In this document: in pieces, positions 1-10,404 of the stretch
How the letters are laid out: the number at the start of each line of letters is the position of its first letter
Position numbering within the stretch: the first letter of the stretch is position 1
Source of the DNA: Gemmatimonadota bacterium
Lineage (GTDB): Bacteria > Latescibacterota > UBA2968 > UBA8231
Direction: 5' to 3'
DNA length: 64,000 nt
Assembly (NCBI GenBank): GCA_038153405.1
Contig: JAYOYH010000005.1
Coordinates: 32,001 to 96,000 of the forward strand
The notes under the pieces: generated by a model
Told to the model about the DNA's origin: nothing
The model's input: the letters and a program-made list of their open reading frames with translations, nothing else
The model's database searches: none
Made by a program: the position numbers and the translations under genes

Positions 1-262
1 GATGAAAGGCATGCAGGTCGACGACGGTGCCTTTGGCCAAGTCGAAGCCATCATTCGCTCCATGACCTTGGAGGAACGCCGACGGCCCCAAGTGCTCAAT
101 GGCAGCCGCCGCAAGCGCATTGCGCGCGGCAGCGGCACGACCATTCAAGACGTCAACCGGCTGGTCAAGCAGTTTCAGCAGATGCAGAAAATGATGAAGC
201 AGATGAGCCGGAGCAAAATGGGTAAGATGGGTAAGAAATTTAGAATGCCCTTTGCGGGCTGA
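1..262 (+). CDS. ffh: Signal recognition particle protein Ffh, C-terminal M domain (5' partial)
   Basis: [31 protein letters not shown]...[15 protein letters not shown] is the SRP54 M-domain; conserved synteny upstream of rpsP. Confidence 0.97.
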   Translation, partial: MKGMQVDDGAFGQVEAIIRSMTLEERRRPQVLNGSRRKRIARGSGTTIQDVNRLVKQFQQMQKMMKQMSRSKMGKMGKKFRMPFAG

Positions 263-285
263 ACACTAAAAAGGAGAAAACTCCG

Positions 286-702
286 TTGGTTAAACTTCGC
301 CTCACGAGAATGGGAAAGAAAAAGCAGCCCTTCTACCGCATCGTCGCCATGCACAGCACGACGGGACGCCAGGGCCAGGCGCTGGGACTGGTCGGCACCT
401 ACGATCCGCTCCACTCTATCGTCAAGATAAACGAGGAGAACGCGCTGCTCTGGCTCAACCGCGGTGCCGAAATGACCGAGACAGTCGAGGCGCTCTTGCG
501 CAGCCAGGGCATTTTGGCCCGCTGGCGCGGCTTTGAGGGCTCCGTTAATGAAGGTGCGCTGAGCACCGATAAGCCAAAGCGCCGGCGCAAACTGGCCAGC
601 GCCACAGCAGCACCTGCCGCCGAAGAGACGGTAGCTGAAGCTCCGGCAGTTGCTGCAGCGCCCGCTGCCGAAGAAGCAGCTGAGGAAGCCAGCGGGGAAT
701 AA
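286..702 (+). CDS. rpsP: 30S ribosomal protein S16 with Ala/Glu-rich C-terminal tail
   Basis: VKLRLTRMGKKKQPFYRIVA..GTYDP; AAGGAG RBS before a TTG start. Confidence 0.97.
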   Translation: MVKLRLTRMGKKKQPFYRIVAMHSTTGRQGQALGLVGTYDPLHSIVKINEENALLWLNRGAEMTETVEALLRSQGILARWRGFEGSVNEGALSTDKPKRRRKLASATAAPAAEETVAEAPAVAAAPAAEEAAEEASGE

Positions 703-720
703 GCGCTGAGTGCGCGCGCC

Positions 721-1233
721 TTGGATCAACGCATCGCCGTCGCCTATATAAGCCGCAGCAAGGGCGTGCGCGGTCACGTAATGGCCGAGCCGCTCACAGA
801 CGACCTGCAGCGGTACGATGCACTCGGCACCGTCCTCGTACAAAAGGAAGGACGGCCGGACCGGCTCTTCCAGTTGGAGCAATGGCACGCCGAAAAGCCC
901 GGCGTATTGCTCAAATTTGCTGGCATCGACACACCCGAAGCGGCGCGTGAACTGCTCGTCAAGGGCTATGTCACGGTAGAGCGCGACCAGGTGCCTACGC
1001 TGCCGCACGGATCGTATTACATCTTCGATCTGGTCGGATGCGCAGTCGAAGACGAGAAGGGCCAGGCTATCGGCACGGTTGACGAAGTGCTGGAGATGCC
1101 GTCGACCGACGTGTATGTCGTGCGAGGACCGCACGGCGAGGTGCTCATACCCGCCGTCAAGGACTACATAAAGGACGTTCATATCGACCAGCGACGCATC
1201 GTCGTCGCCGGTATTGAAGAGCTGTTGTCGTAA
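721..1233 (+). CDS. rimM: Ribosome maturation factor RimM
   Basis: GVRG, YYIFDLVGC, DVYVV, EVLIPAV motifs; rpsP-rimM-trmD-rplS synteny. Confidence 0.95.
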   Translation: MDQRIAVAYISRSKGVRGHVMAEPLTDDLQRYDALGTVLVQKEGRPDRLFQLEQWHAEKPGVLLKFAGIDTPEAARELLVKGYVTVERDQVPTLPHGSYYIFDLVGCAVEDEKGQAIGTVDEVLEMPSTDVYVVRGPHGEVLIPAVKDYIKDVHIDQRRIVVAGIEELLS

Positions 1234-1234
1234 C

Positions 1235-1966
1235 GTGAAAATCGATGTCGTAACGCTCTTCCCCGATTTTTTCACGACGCCGCTGCAGACCAGCATATTG
1301 GCGCGGGCTGTGCGCGACGGACTGCTTTCAGTGGTAGCGCATAACCCGCGCGATTTTGCCACCGACAAGCACAAGAGCGTTGATGACGAGCCCTACGGCG
1401 GTGGCGGCGGCATGGTCATGAAGCCAGAGCCCCTGTTCGCCTTGTGGCAGGCGTGCCACTTTGAGCGCGCCCACTGCATCTACCTGACGGCCGACGGCCA
1501 GACGCTCGACCACGACCTGAGCGTCGAACTTTCGCTGTGCGAACATTTGGTGCTGCTCTGCGGTCATTACAAGGGGATCGACGAGCGCGTTCGCACGCAC
1601 CTGATAGACCGCGAAGTTTCCATTGGAGACTTCGTGCTGACCGGCGGCGAACCAGCAGCACTCGTGATGATGGACGCGGTGGTTCGCCTTGTGCCAGGCG
1701 TATTGGGCAATTTCAGTTCCGCCCTGGAAGACTCCTTTCAGGACGCCGTGCTCGACTGCCCCTGGTATACGCGACCAGCAGAGTTTAACGGCGAAGGCGT
1801 TCCGCCCATCTTGCAAAGCGGCGACCACGAAAACGTGCGCCGATGGAGGCGTCAACAGGCACTGCGCAGAACATTTGAGCGCCGTCCGGACTTGTTAAAG
1901 CGAGCGCACCTCGACGAAGAGGAAATGCGACTGATAAACCAATGGAAACGAGAAGGGCTGGAATAA
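1235..1966 (+). CDS. trmD: tRNA (guanine-N1)-methyltransferase TrmD
   Basis: VDDEPYGGGGGMVMKPEP, CGHYKGIDERV, SIGDFVLTGGE; likely GTG start at 1235. Confidence 0.97.
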   Translation: MKIDVVTLFPDFFTTPLQTSILARAVRDGLLSVVAHNPRDFATDKHKSVDDEPYGGGGGMVMKPEPLFALWQACHFERAHCIYLTADGQTLDHDLSVELSLCEHLVLLCGHYKGIDERVRTHLIDREVSIGDFVLTGGEPAALVMMDAVVRLVPGVLGNFSSALEDSFQDAVLDCPWYTRPAEFNGEGVPPILQSGDHENVRRWRRQQALRRTFERRPDLLKRAHLDEEEMRLINQWKREGLE

Positions 1967-1990
1967 GCCCCTTAAATTAGAAGGCATACA

Positions 1991-2338
1991 ATGGACGCAA
2001 GCATTATGCGCGAGCTGACATCCGATCAGCTCAAGACCGATTTACCCGCCTTTTCTGCCGGCGATACGCTGCGCGTGCACGTGCGCGTAATCGAGGGCGA
2101 CAAGGAGCGCATTCAGGTTTTCGAAGGCACTGTGATCCAGCGCAAGGGCAGTGGCATACAGGAGACCGTTACGGTTCGCAAGATCACCCAAGGCGTTGCA
2201 ATCGAGCGCATCTTCCCCGTGCACTCGCCGCGCGTCGCGCAGATCGAGTGCACGCGCAAGGGTCGCGTTCGCCGCGCCCGCCTATTTTACCTGCGCAGCC
2301 GCAAGGGGCGCTCCGCTCGCATCCGCGAGAAGCGCTAA
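1991..2338 (+). CDS. rplS: 50S ribosomal protein L19
   Basis: [44 protein letters not shown]. Confidence 0.98.
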   Translation: MDASIMRELTSDQLKTDLPAFSAGDTLRVHVRVIEGDKERIQVFEGTVIQRKGSGIQETVTVRKITQGVAIERIFPVHSPRVAQIECTRKGRVRRARLFYLRSRKGRSARIREKR

Positions 2339-2353
2339 ACGGGGTATCGGGCC

Positions 2354-2557
2354 ATGGCCGAACCGACCGCTCCTCCTTTTACGCGCAAAAATTGGCTTCT
2401 CCTGGCCGCAGGGTTGGCGAGTATAGCGCTGGGATATATCTTCTTGCGCATACCGCCAGCCGATGGCTTCTTTTCGCTTACACTGGCCCCTCTCTTGCTC
2501 GTGGCGGGCTATTGTGCGTTATTACCGATGGCCATTTTGTATAAAAACAGTGAATAA
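2354..2557 (+). CDS. Small two-TM membrane protein (DUF3098-like)
   Basis: PFTRKNWLLL..GYIFL...SLTLAPLLLVAGY...AIL pattern, 67 aa. Confidence 0.7.
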   Translation: MAEPTAPPFTRKNWLLLAAGLASIALGYIFLRIPPADGFFSLTLAPLLLVAGYCALLPMAILYKNSE

Positions 2558-2608
2558 AATAAGGCGGGGACTCCTAAATTCTCTTGTCTGTGCAGGAAAA
2601 CTTACGTT

Positions 2609-3256
2609 ATGCGAATTCTAATAGCCGAAGATGACGCCACATCGCGTCTGCTCCTCGAAGTTACGCTCAAACAGTGGGATCACGAGGTAATCACGGCGAA
2701 AAACGGCAGCGAGGCATGGGATATCCTTCAGGGAGAAAACCCTCCCAACTTGGCTATATTCGATTGGATGATGCCCGTTTTGGACGGCGTGGAAGTCGCT
2801 CGCCGAGCGCGCACGCTCGACGCCCTCTCCCACCTCTATATCATCATGCTCACGACGCGCGACACCAAGGACGATATAGCAGAAGCCCTTGGCGCCGGCG
2901 CCGATGACTATGTCAACAAGCCCTTCAACCGCAAAGAGCTCCAGGCGCGCATCAACGTCGGCCTGCGCGTGCTCGACCTGCAGATGACTTTGACCCGTCG
3001 CGTAAAGGAACTGGAAGATTCCATCCAGCGCGAAAAACAGCTGCAAGGCCTGTTGCCCATCTGTTCGTACTGCAAGAAAATTCGCGACGACAACAACTAC
3101 TGGTCTCAGGTTGAGCGCTATATTGAGCATCACGCAAACGTAGCGTTCAGCCACAGCATCTGCCCGGACTGCTACGACACGGTGGTTAAACCAGAAATAC
3201 AAGCCCTACAAGACTCGGTCGCCGAACAGAAAAACTCGAACAAACAGCCCGAATAA
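2609..3256 (+). CDS. Response regulator (REC) with C-terminal Cys-rich putative zinc-binding domain
   Basis: ILIAEDD, DWMMP, GADDYVNKPF; C-terminal LPICSYCKKIRDD...HSICPDC. Confidence 0.9.
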   Translation: MRILIAEDDATSRLLLEVTLKQWDHEVITAKNGSEAWDILQGENPPNLAIFDWMMPVLDGVEVARRARTLDALSHLYIIMLTTRDTKDDIAEALGAGADDYVNKPFNRKELQARINVGLRVLDLQMTLTRRVKELEDSIQREKQLQGLLPICSYCKKIRDDNNYWSQVERYIEHHANVAFSHSICPDCYDTVVKPEIQALQDSVAEQKNSNKQPE

Positions 3257-3277
3257 ACCCCGTATCTACCACAGTAT

Positions 3278-4114
3278 ATGCGTACTGTCAGCGCAGGACC
3301 CATCGTGTCCGAAACGCGCATCCCCGATCACGCTCCCGACCTATACGGCCAGCGCTTGCTATCCGATTACGCGGCCGACCTGCACTCCATCGACGACGCG
3401 GCGATCGACGCGTTTCACGCTCTGGGCTACCTGGCCGTGCAGCGCGTTTTTTCCGATGCTGAAGTCGCTTCGGCGCGCGCGGCCATCGACGATCTTATCG
3501 CCGGCGCGGTGCCCGCTTTCCGCGGCGTACAGCGCGAGTCCGGTCGCGGCTCCGAGGCGGCTCGTCCCGTGCGCAAACTAATGCACTTCGTCGATCACGA
3601 GGCGCGCCTAGCCGCCCTTGCCCACCACACCGGGCTGAGTGCGCTCATGCAGCGCCTGATCGGCGACGTGCCTGAACTGTTTCAGGATATGGCCTTGCTA
3701 AAAGGTCCTGGAGGCAGGGAAAAACCCTGGCATCAGGACAGCGCCTATTTCGACCTGGCTCTCGGCACCGCCGTTATTGGCATCTGGATCGCCCTCGACG
3801 AAGCCGACCTCGACAACGGCTGCATGCACATTCTACCCGGCACGCATCGCATGGGCCCAGCCGAGCACTTCAAAGTGCGCGACTGGCAAATTTGCGATAG
3901 CGCAGTGCAGACGCAGCTCGATGTCGCCGTGCCCCTGCCACCCGGGGGCTGTCTCATCTGGCACGGCATGCTCCACCACGGCAGTCCGACCAACCACTCC
4001 AGCAAAATGCGCCGCGCCCTGCAGTTTCACTACAGGCCCGCATCGAGCACGCGCGTCAGCACCGAAGAGCGCATGCAGCACTTCGGCGGTGCCGTGCGCG
4101 GCGCTACCTGCTAA
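3278..4114 (+). CDS. Phytanoyl-CoA dioxygenase (PhyH) family Fe(II)/2OG dioxygenase
   Basis: KPWHQD, IWIALDEADLDNGCM..LPGTH, HHGS.N.S..RRAL; start may be GTG 3305. Confidence 0.9.
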   Translation: MRTVSAGPIVSETRIPDHAPDLYGQRLLSDYAADLHSIDDAAIDAFHALGYLAVQRVFSDAEVASARAAIDDLIAGAVPAFRGVQRESGRGSEAARPVRKLMHFVDHEARLAALAHHTGLSALMQRLIGDVPELFQDMALLKGPGGREKPWHQDSAYFDLALGTAVIGIWIALDEADLDNGCMHILPGTHRMGPAEHFKVRDWQICDSAVQTQLDVAVPLPPGGCLIWHGMLHHGSPTNHSSKMRRALQFHYRPASSTRVSTEERMQHFGGAVRGATC

Positions 4115-5013
4115 GCGATTCCACAGCGCTCCAACAACAGCACATCCTCCCCCAGAAACTCACCGGACACCTGTTGGGCCGCCAGGTCAGCTGCGCGCGC
4201 AGCCGCTGCGTCTACAGACTGGCCGCGGGCTAAACGTTCACTCATATAGGTCGCAAAGAACACGTCGCCCGCTCCCGTGGGATCGCGTGCTTCGACCACG
4301 GCAACGGCGCCGAAGGGATGGATCCGTCGGCCATCCTGCTGGACATAGCCGCCGCGCGAACCGTCCGTCACCACGACCTCGCGCAGCGCATAGCGTCGCA
4401 TCAGACCATCTAGGTCGCACGATGCCCATTGCAGCAGCAGGTGCAACTCATCCTGCGCGACTTTGATCCACGAAGCAGCGCGCAGCAGCGCGTCCATCGA
4501 TGCATCTACCCTAGGATGCACGACGCCATCAACCACGCTCCGCACCATGCCCTGCACGTCGGCGCATATCGCCTTGTCTCCCTCCTTTTCCAACCACATC
4601 AGCGCAGCGCACCCTATGTCGAGCGGGTGCAGCGGTCCCAAGAGCACGCACTCAGCTCCTTGCGCAGCAGACACCAGCGCCTTGCGGCCGATCGGTGCAG
4701 CCGCCCTTGGCATCTGTTGCTGACGCTGATCGCCCAGTACGCAATTGACAAAATGCGTCGTCTCCGCACTCTCTCCCAAATACAGATCGGCACCTGCTCG
4801 GCTCAGTGCGGCCACTACGTCGGCATCGCCCGTTGCGAGATTGGTGCACACGGCGACATCATGGCCTAAGTACAGCAGCGTCAGACCGCCGTAGACCGCT
4901 ACACCACCGCGCTTATAGCCCCTCTCATCGCCCTGCACAACGCAGTCGATCGTCGCCGACCCCACCACCAACCAGCGCCGGCTATGCGCGCGTTTTTGTT
5001 TCATCGCAGCCAT
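4111..5013 (-). CDS. PfkB/ribokinase family carbohydrate kinase
   Basis: GG in N-terminal region, VVTDGSRGG, DPTGAGDVF signature; start uncertain (5004-5055). Confidence 0.88.
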   Translation of the reverse strand: MAAMKQKRAHSRRWLVVGSATIDCVVQGDERGYKRGGVAVYGGLTLLYLGHDVAVCTNLATGDADVVAALSRAGADLYLGESAETTHFVNCVLGDQRQQQMPRAAAPIGRKALVSAAQGAECVLLGPLHPLDIGCAALMWLEKEGDKAICADVQGMVRSVVDGVVHPRVDASMDALLRAASWIKVAQDELHLLLQWASCDLDGLMRRYALREVVVTDGSRGGYVQQDGRRIHPFGAVAVVEARDPTGAGDVFFATYMSERLARGQSVDAAAARAADLAAQQVSGEFLGEDVLLLERCGIA

Positions 5014-5163
5014 TCCATTTGCAGCGCAGAGGCCGACGATTGGACGCGAACGCACCTCGGCTTATTTTCACGGCAGAATGCACCCGACGGCGACTTTCAG
5101 CAGAGAATTCCATGTCTCGCCCACGCAGCCCTCAGCATCGCCTGCGCGCGTGCGCTGGCCTTT

Positions 5164-5985
5164 TTAAGCACCCCAAAATAGGCGTTCGGCTACGCGGCCG
5201 AGCACCTGATCCTTCTCGTCCTCGTTCAGTCCCAACTCGTCGGTAAACACGGCGAGGTGCTGGGCGTACGACGCCTTCTTTAGCCAGTGCTCGCAGGGGA
5301 AATCCGAACCCCACATACAGCGCTGTGGACCGAATGCGTCGATCGCGTAGCGCAGCATATCGTGCGTGTCGGCAAAGGGATAGGACTGCCGCGAAGACGT
5401 GACGCCAAAGGTCAGCTTGGCGTATAGATGCTCACAGTGGGCAAGCGCTCGGACCTGGCGCAGCACATCGCCATCTACCCCCTCATCTACCTGGGGATAG
5501 GCGCAGTGATCGAGCACGACAGGTACGTTGGGGAAGCGCGCCAGCAACTCGCCTAATTCGCACAGATGGTCCCTTTGAACGTGCGCACAGACCACGGCCT
5601 GCAGTGCACCAGCAGCGGCCCACAGCCGCTCGGACGCGGCGTGGCGAAAGCTCTCTCCCGCCGCTTCGATCCGCACGCCCTTGACGTTGTACTGGCCGAC
5701 CAATCGCTCCAGTTGGGCCACACTCTCCCCCGCGGTCGGATCCAATGTGCACACGCCCTTGGTCCAATCGGCATGCGCTCGCGCCGTGTCGGCCAGCAGG
5801 CGATTGTCCCAGCGATAGGCCGATCCGGTTTGCACCAACACGACGCGATCGATGCCGTTAGACGCCACTTCGCGGCGCAGGTGCTCGATATCTCCCACGC
5901 CTTTGGCAGGGCGAAATGGGGCCTCTTTCATCGGATAAGCGTCTTCGTCACCTGCGTATATATGGGCATGCGTATCTATGCGCAT
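5164..5985 (-). CDS. Amidohydrolase_2 family (L-fuconolactonase-like) protein
   Basis: IDTHAH, VLDH, MWGSDFP motifs; AAGGAG RBS before ATG 5985. Confidence 0.9.
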   Translation of the reverse strand: MRIDTHAHIYAGDEDAYPMKEAPFRPAKGVGDIEHLRREVASNGIDRVVLVQTGSAYRWDNRLLADTARAHADWTKGVCTLDPTAGESVAQLERLVGQYNVKGVRIEAAGESFRHAASERLWAAAGALQAVVCAHVQRDHLCELGELLARFPNVPVVLDHCAYPQVDEGVDGDVLRQVRALAHCEHLYAKLTFGVTSSRQSYPFADTHDMLRYAIDAFGPQRCMWGSDFPCEHWLKKASYAQHLAVFTDELGLNEDEKDQVLGRVAERLFWGA

Positions 5986-6089
5986 AGGTCCTCCTTTTAC
6001 AGGGCAATATACGCCGCGCAGCCGCTTGACACACCCCCATCTCCGTGCCATGATTACGCGCATACACAGCAAGGCAAAGAGGAACGTCC

Positions 6090-7871
6090 ATGTCATCATC
6101 TATCCGCGAAATTGGCATCCCCGTGCGCTCGGTCAACTGGGTGCATCTACACCCCGGTATCACCGGCACCGGCCAGCCCTGTATCTACGCCGTTATGGGC
6201 CAACAGGCCGCCGGCCTTTTCGTCTTGCAAATCGATATAGACAGCGGCCAGTGCCGCCAATTCACCTGCGATCTAGCCGATGCCAACTATCCGACGGCTA
6301 CCTATATGAGCCGCTCCAACCGCCTCTACATCGGCTCGTCCTACGCCGGCCATCTGCTGTGCTTTGATCCGCAGCAGGACGCCCTAATCGACCTAGGCGC
6401 CATTCATCCCGAGGCGGCGACCTTTCCCTGCCGTATCGACGAGGGAGAAGACGGTCGCCTGTGGATCGGCAGCTACCCAACCGCCGATCTAACGGCCTAC
6501 GATCCAACGACCCACACATTCCAACGCTGCGGCCGCATGGACGACGTGGATATGTATAACTATCCGCTCGTAGCCGGCGATGGACGCATCGCCAATCTAG
6601 TGCGCATGACGCAGCCGCACGTGGTACTCTATGACCCCCAAACGGACCAGAGGCAAGTCGTCGGGCCCGTGTCGGTAAAGGGCGAAAGCGAATTGGATCT
6701 CGTGCGCGGCGACGACGGCCAACTCTACATCGCCTCGTCGCTAGGCCATTTTCGCATAGAAGGCAGCGAGGCCGTCCCCGTCGACGCACTGCCTCCGCCG
6801 CGCCCGGCGCCCACACTGCCCGACGGCCGCCGGGCGGTCTTTGCCGACGCCGGCCAACAGCGCTACAAGACACTCGTGCTCAGCGCTCCCGACGGCGGCG
6901 AGCGCGCCTTTGAGCTAGACTACGAGGCCAGCGGCAGCCGCCTGTTCTACGTTCATCTGGGCCCCGACGGATGCATTTACGGCTCGAGCATCCTGCCCCT
7001 ACATCTGTTTCGGCACAACCCCCACAGCGGCGAATTGGCCGATCTCGGCGTCTGCTCGTCGGCAACGGGCGAGGCCTACTCGATGGCCAACCTCGATGGC
7101 AAGATGTATATCGCGTCCTATCCGCAGGCCAAGCTGTCCGTCTACGACCCTGCGCAAACCTACCGCTTTGGCGAGGACGCAGCGGCCAACCCGCGCGACC
7201 TGGGCCGCATGGACGAGCTTTCGTATCGCCCGCGCAGCACGCTCACCGGGCCGCTGGGCCGGGTGTGGACTGCATCGATACCCGACTACGGCCGCTGGGG
7301 TGGGCCGCTGTCCTACTACGATCCGCAGAGCGATGCGATGGCGTCGTACCAGCGCATCTGCGGCGACGCCTCGTGCTATACGCTGGCCTGGCTGCAGCGC
7401 CAAGAGCGCATCGCCGTCGGCACGACGATTGATGCCGGCTCGGGCACCCAGCCGCGCGTCGAGCGGGCCGAGCTGTTTTTGTGGGACTACCGCGCAGAAG
7501 AGAAAACTTGGGAGCACACGCTCGATTGCAAAGCGATAAACGCCCTGCTAGTCGGCCCCGATGGGCGGCTCTACGGCACATTGGTAGGCGGCTCCAATCC
7601 CGCTCTCTTCGCATTTGACCCGCAGGCACTGGCATTTACCCACTTCCTCGACCTGCCCGGCGGGGCACCCCTCGATCTCGGTCTGCAAACCGGACCCGAT
7701 GCAAGCATATACGGATTTACCCGCTCCTGCATCTATCGCCTCGACCCGACTTCGCTACAGATAGAACCCATCGTAGAGCGAAACAACGCCTTTTCCGTCG
7801 CCGGTCCCATCGTCGGCGACAGCATCTTTTTTGCCGACCTGCACCGCCTGTGCGCAGCGAGAATCTTTTAG
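6090..7871 (+). CDS. Uncharacterised multi-blade beta-propeller protein
   Basis: Repeated GPDG(R/C)(L/I)YG and YDP motifs; no signal peptide. Confidence 0.75.
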   Translation: MSSSIREIGIPVRSVNWVHLHPGITGTGQPCIYAVMGQQAAGLFVLQIDIDSGQCRQFTCDLADANYPTATYMSRSNRLYIGSSYAGHLLCFDPQQDALIDLGAIHPEAATFPCRIDEGEDGRLWIGSYPTADLTAYDPTTHTFQRCGRMDDVDMYNYPLVAGDGRIANLVRMTQPHVVLYDPQTDQRQVVGPVSVKGESELDLVRGDDGQLYIASSLGHFRIEGSEAVPVDALPPPRPAPTLPDGRRAVFADAGQQRYKTLVLSAPDGGERAFELDYEASGSRLFYVHLGPDGCIYGSSILPLHLFRHNPHSGELADLGVCSSATGEAYSMANLDGKMYIASYPQAKLSVYDPAQTYRFGEDAAANPRDLGRMDELSYRPRSTLTGPLGRVWTASIPDYGRWGGPLSYYDPQSDAMASYQRICGDASCYTLAWLQRQERIAVGTTIDAGSGTQPRVERAELFLWDYRAEEKTWEHTLDCKAINALLVGPDGRLYGTLVGGSNPALFAFDPQALAFTHFLDLPGGAPLDLGLQTGPDASIYGFTRSCIYRLDPTSLQIEPIVERNNAFSVAGPIVGDSIFFADLHRLCAARIF

Positions 7872-7879
7872 GAGACCAT

Positions 7880-8632
7880 ATGTCCGAGTGGAAAAATTAC
7901 GAGGAGCTACGCCCCGACCAGTTAGAAGCGCTCTTTGCCAAATCGCCTGTCGCCTACTGGCCGCTGGGCCTTCTCGAGCACCATGGCTGGCACCTGCCCG
8001 TCGGTTTTGACGGCATCAAGGCACGCCGCACCTGCGAGCGCATCGCCGCGCGCACCGGCGGCGTACTGCTGCCGACTATGTGGTGGGGCGGCGGCGGCGG
8101 CCACGACGTCTTCAAATGGAGCCACTACCAGCCACCAGAGGCCATCTCCGCTATACTCGACACCACGGCGCGCCAATTACTCGACTTTGGCGTGCGCGCG
8201 CTGGTGCTGCTGGCCGGCCACTATCCCTGGCAGTCGTTCTTAGATGCCACCGCACCTGCGCTGCGCGCCGATTACCCCGATGCGCTCGTGTTAGCCGGTA
8301 CCGAAGTCAGCATCTGCGGCGATGCGCTCCAGCTCAAAGGCGACCACGCCGCCAAGGAAGAGACGTCGTTGGGGCTGGCGCTCTTCCCCGAGTTGGTCGA
8401 TCTCGGTGCCCTGCAAGAGGGCCACCACGCCGATGTCTGGCCACCGGCCGGGCCACCGCCAGCCGACAAGCGCCACCCGCGCGTAAACTTTGACCCTGCC
8501 CACCCGCTCTTTGCGCAAATGGGCGATGACGCGCGCGAGGCAACTGCTGCCCACGGCGAGCAGGGGCTGGCCCAGATCGTCGACCACTTAGCCAAGGCCA
8601 TCGACGACTTTCTTCAAGAGGAACGGCCATGA
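7880..8632 (+). CDS. Creatininase family amidohydrolase
   Basis: EHHGWHLPVGFD, GH, DHAAKEETS; GGAG RBS before ATG 7880. Confidence 0.88.
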   Translation: MSEWKNYEELRPDQLEALFAKSPVAYWPLGLLEHHGWHLPVGFDGIKARRTCERIAARTGGVLLPTMWWGGGGGHDVFKWSHYQPPEAISAILDTTARQLLDFGVRALVLLAGHYPWQSFLDATAPALRADYPDALVLAGTEVSICGDALQLKGDHAAKEETSLGLALFPELVDLGALQEGHHADVWPPAGPPPADKRHPRVNFDPAHPLFAQMGDDAREATAAHGEQGLAQIVDHLAKAIDDFLQEERP

Positions 8633-10404
8633 TCGATCCACGCCCCGAACATCCGCGTCCGCAGTTCCAGCGCCAGCAGTGGATCAACCTCAACGGCGAG
8701 TGGAATTTTCGCATCGACCACGGCGATTCGGGACGCCATGCCCTGTGGCACGAACATCCGTCCGCGCTTACGGGTAAGATCAACGTCCCGTTCTGTCCGG
8801 AGAGCCGCCTTTCGGGTATCGGCCACACCGACTTTATGCCCGCCGTATGGTACCATCGCGCCATCGAAGTGCCCGCCGAGTGGTCCGATCAGCGCGTGCG
8901 CCTGCACTTTGGCGCCGTAGACTACGAGTGCCGCGCCTGGCTCAACGGCGTCGAAGTGGGCGTTCACTACGGCACGTCTTCGTCATTTCACTTCGATATC
9001 ACCGACGCGCTGTGCCCGGATGGTCCCAACGATCTTGTTGTGCAGGCTCGCGACGACGTGCGCTCGGGACTGCAGCCGGCCGGCAAGCAGAGTGCGCAGC
9101 TCCATTCGCACGGCTGTCACTACACGCGCACGACGGGCATCTGGCAAACGGTGTGGTTAGAAGCCGTTCCCGCGGCGCACATCGAGTCGGTGCGCATCGT
9201 CCCCGACCTAGATGGGCAGCGCTTCGTGCTCACGCCCACGCTCAACTGCACCGCGCGCGGCCAGCGTTTTTGCGCGGTGCTGCTCGATGGCGACAGCCCT
9301 CTACACAGCGCCTCCATGCCGGCGCTCAGCGGCGCATCACTGGTACTCGATGTGCCGCAGGTGCGTCCGTGGAGCCCCGCCAATCCCCACCTATACACTC
9401 TTCGCTTTGAGCTCGTCGACGGCGATACCGTACTCGATTCAGTGCAGTCCTATGCCGGCCTGCGCAAGTTTCACATCGAAGGCAATGCCTTTTACCTAAA
9501 CAACCAGCCCATTTTCCTGCGCTTTGTGCTCGATCAAGGCTTCTATCCAGACGGGCTGTGGACCGCGCCCTCGGACGGCGAACTCAAGGCCGATATCGAA
9601 CGCGCTATGGCCGTCGGCTTTAACGGCGCACGCCTGCATCAGAAGGTCTTTGAAGAGCGCTTCCACTACTGGGCAGACCGCCTCGGCTACCTGACCTGGG
9701 GCGAGTTTTCCGACTGGGGCCTCGACGTTGGCCAGCCACAGGCGCTGGCCAACCAGCAGCGCGAATGGCGCGAAATCGTCCTGCGCGACCTCAACCACCC
9801 ATCGATCGTCGCCTGGACCCCTTTCAACGAGACCATTGGCCCCGCCCGCAGCCATCGCGAAGCCCACCGCCGCGCCCTCGAAAGCACCTACGACTTAACG
9901 CGTGCGCTCGATCCGAGCCGCCCCGTGCACGACGCCAGCGGCTACGTGCATGTCAAGACCGATATATTCACCGTGCACGATTACGAGCAGGATCCGGATA
10001 CATTCCGCCAAACCTATCGCTCAGTGCATCCGGACAGACCGGCAGAAGCGCGCGTCTGCTTCCCCGAGCTCTCCATAGCCTACCAAGGTCAGCCCTATAT
10101 GGTCGACGAGTACGGCGGCACCTGGTGGGTCGAATCCAGCGCGCGTGACGGAGCCAATAGCGATGCCGGCTGGGGCTATGGCAACCGACCGCAGAGCATC
10201 GAAGAGGTTTACGATCGCATTGAAAAACTAACCCGTGCGCTGACCTCTCACCCTCACATAGCCGGGTTTACCTATACGCAATTGACGGATATCGAGCAGG
10301 AGCAAAACGGGATCTACACATATGAGCGAACGCTGAAGTTTGACGCCGAGCGCCTGCGCGGCGCCTTTGGCGCTCCGTCAGCCATCGAAGGGGGAACGAA
10401 ATGA
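8629..10404 (+). CDS. Glycoside hydrolase family 2 (beta-galactosidase/glucuronidase-like)
   Basis: LHFGAVDY, TGIWQTVWLE, NHPSIVAWTPFNE (acid/base), DEYGG (nucleophile), YTQLTDIEQEQNG. Confidence 0.93.
   Translation: MIDPRPEHPRPQFQRQQWINLNGEWNFRIDHGDSGRHALWHEHPSALTGKINVPFCPESRLSGIGHTDFMPAVWYHRAIEVPAEWSDQRVRLHFGAVDYECRAWLNGVEVGVHYGTSSSFHFDITDALCPDGPNDLVVQARDDVRSGLQPAGKQSAQLHSHGCHYTRTTGIWQTVWLEAVPAAHIESVRIVPDLDGQRFVLTPTLNCTARGQRFCAVLLDGDSPLHSASMPALSGASLVLDVPQVRPWSPANPHLYTLRFELVDGDTVLDSVQSYAGLRKFHIEGNAFYLNNQPIFLRFVLDQGFYPDGLWTAPSDGELKADIERAMAVGFNGARLHQKVFEERFHYWADRLGYLTWGEFSDWGLDVGQPQALANQQREWREIVLRDLNHPSIVAWTPFNETIGPARSHREAHRRALESTYDLTRALDPSRPVHDASGYVHVKTDIFTVHDYEQDPDTFRQTYRSVHPDRPAEARVCFPELSIAYQGQPYMVDEYGGTWWVESSARDGANSDAGWGYGNRPQSIEEVYDRIEKLTRALTSHPHIAGFTYTQLTDIEQEQNGIYTYERTLKFDAERLRGAFGAPSAIEGGTK

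Noticed and set aside
590..702. Low-complexity Ala/Glu/Pro tail on S16
   Set aside because: Such extensions are common in S16 from several phyla.
175..1374. 399-aa minus-strand ORF
   Set aside because: Antisense shadow of ffh/rpsP/rimM/trmD with no recognisable motifs.
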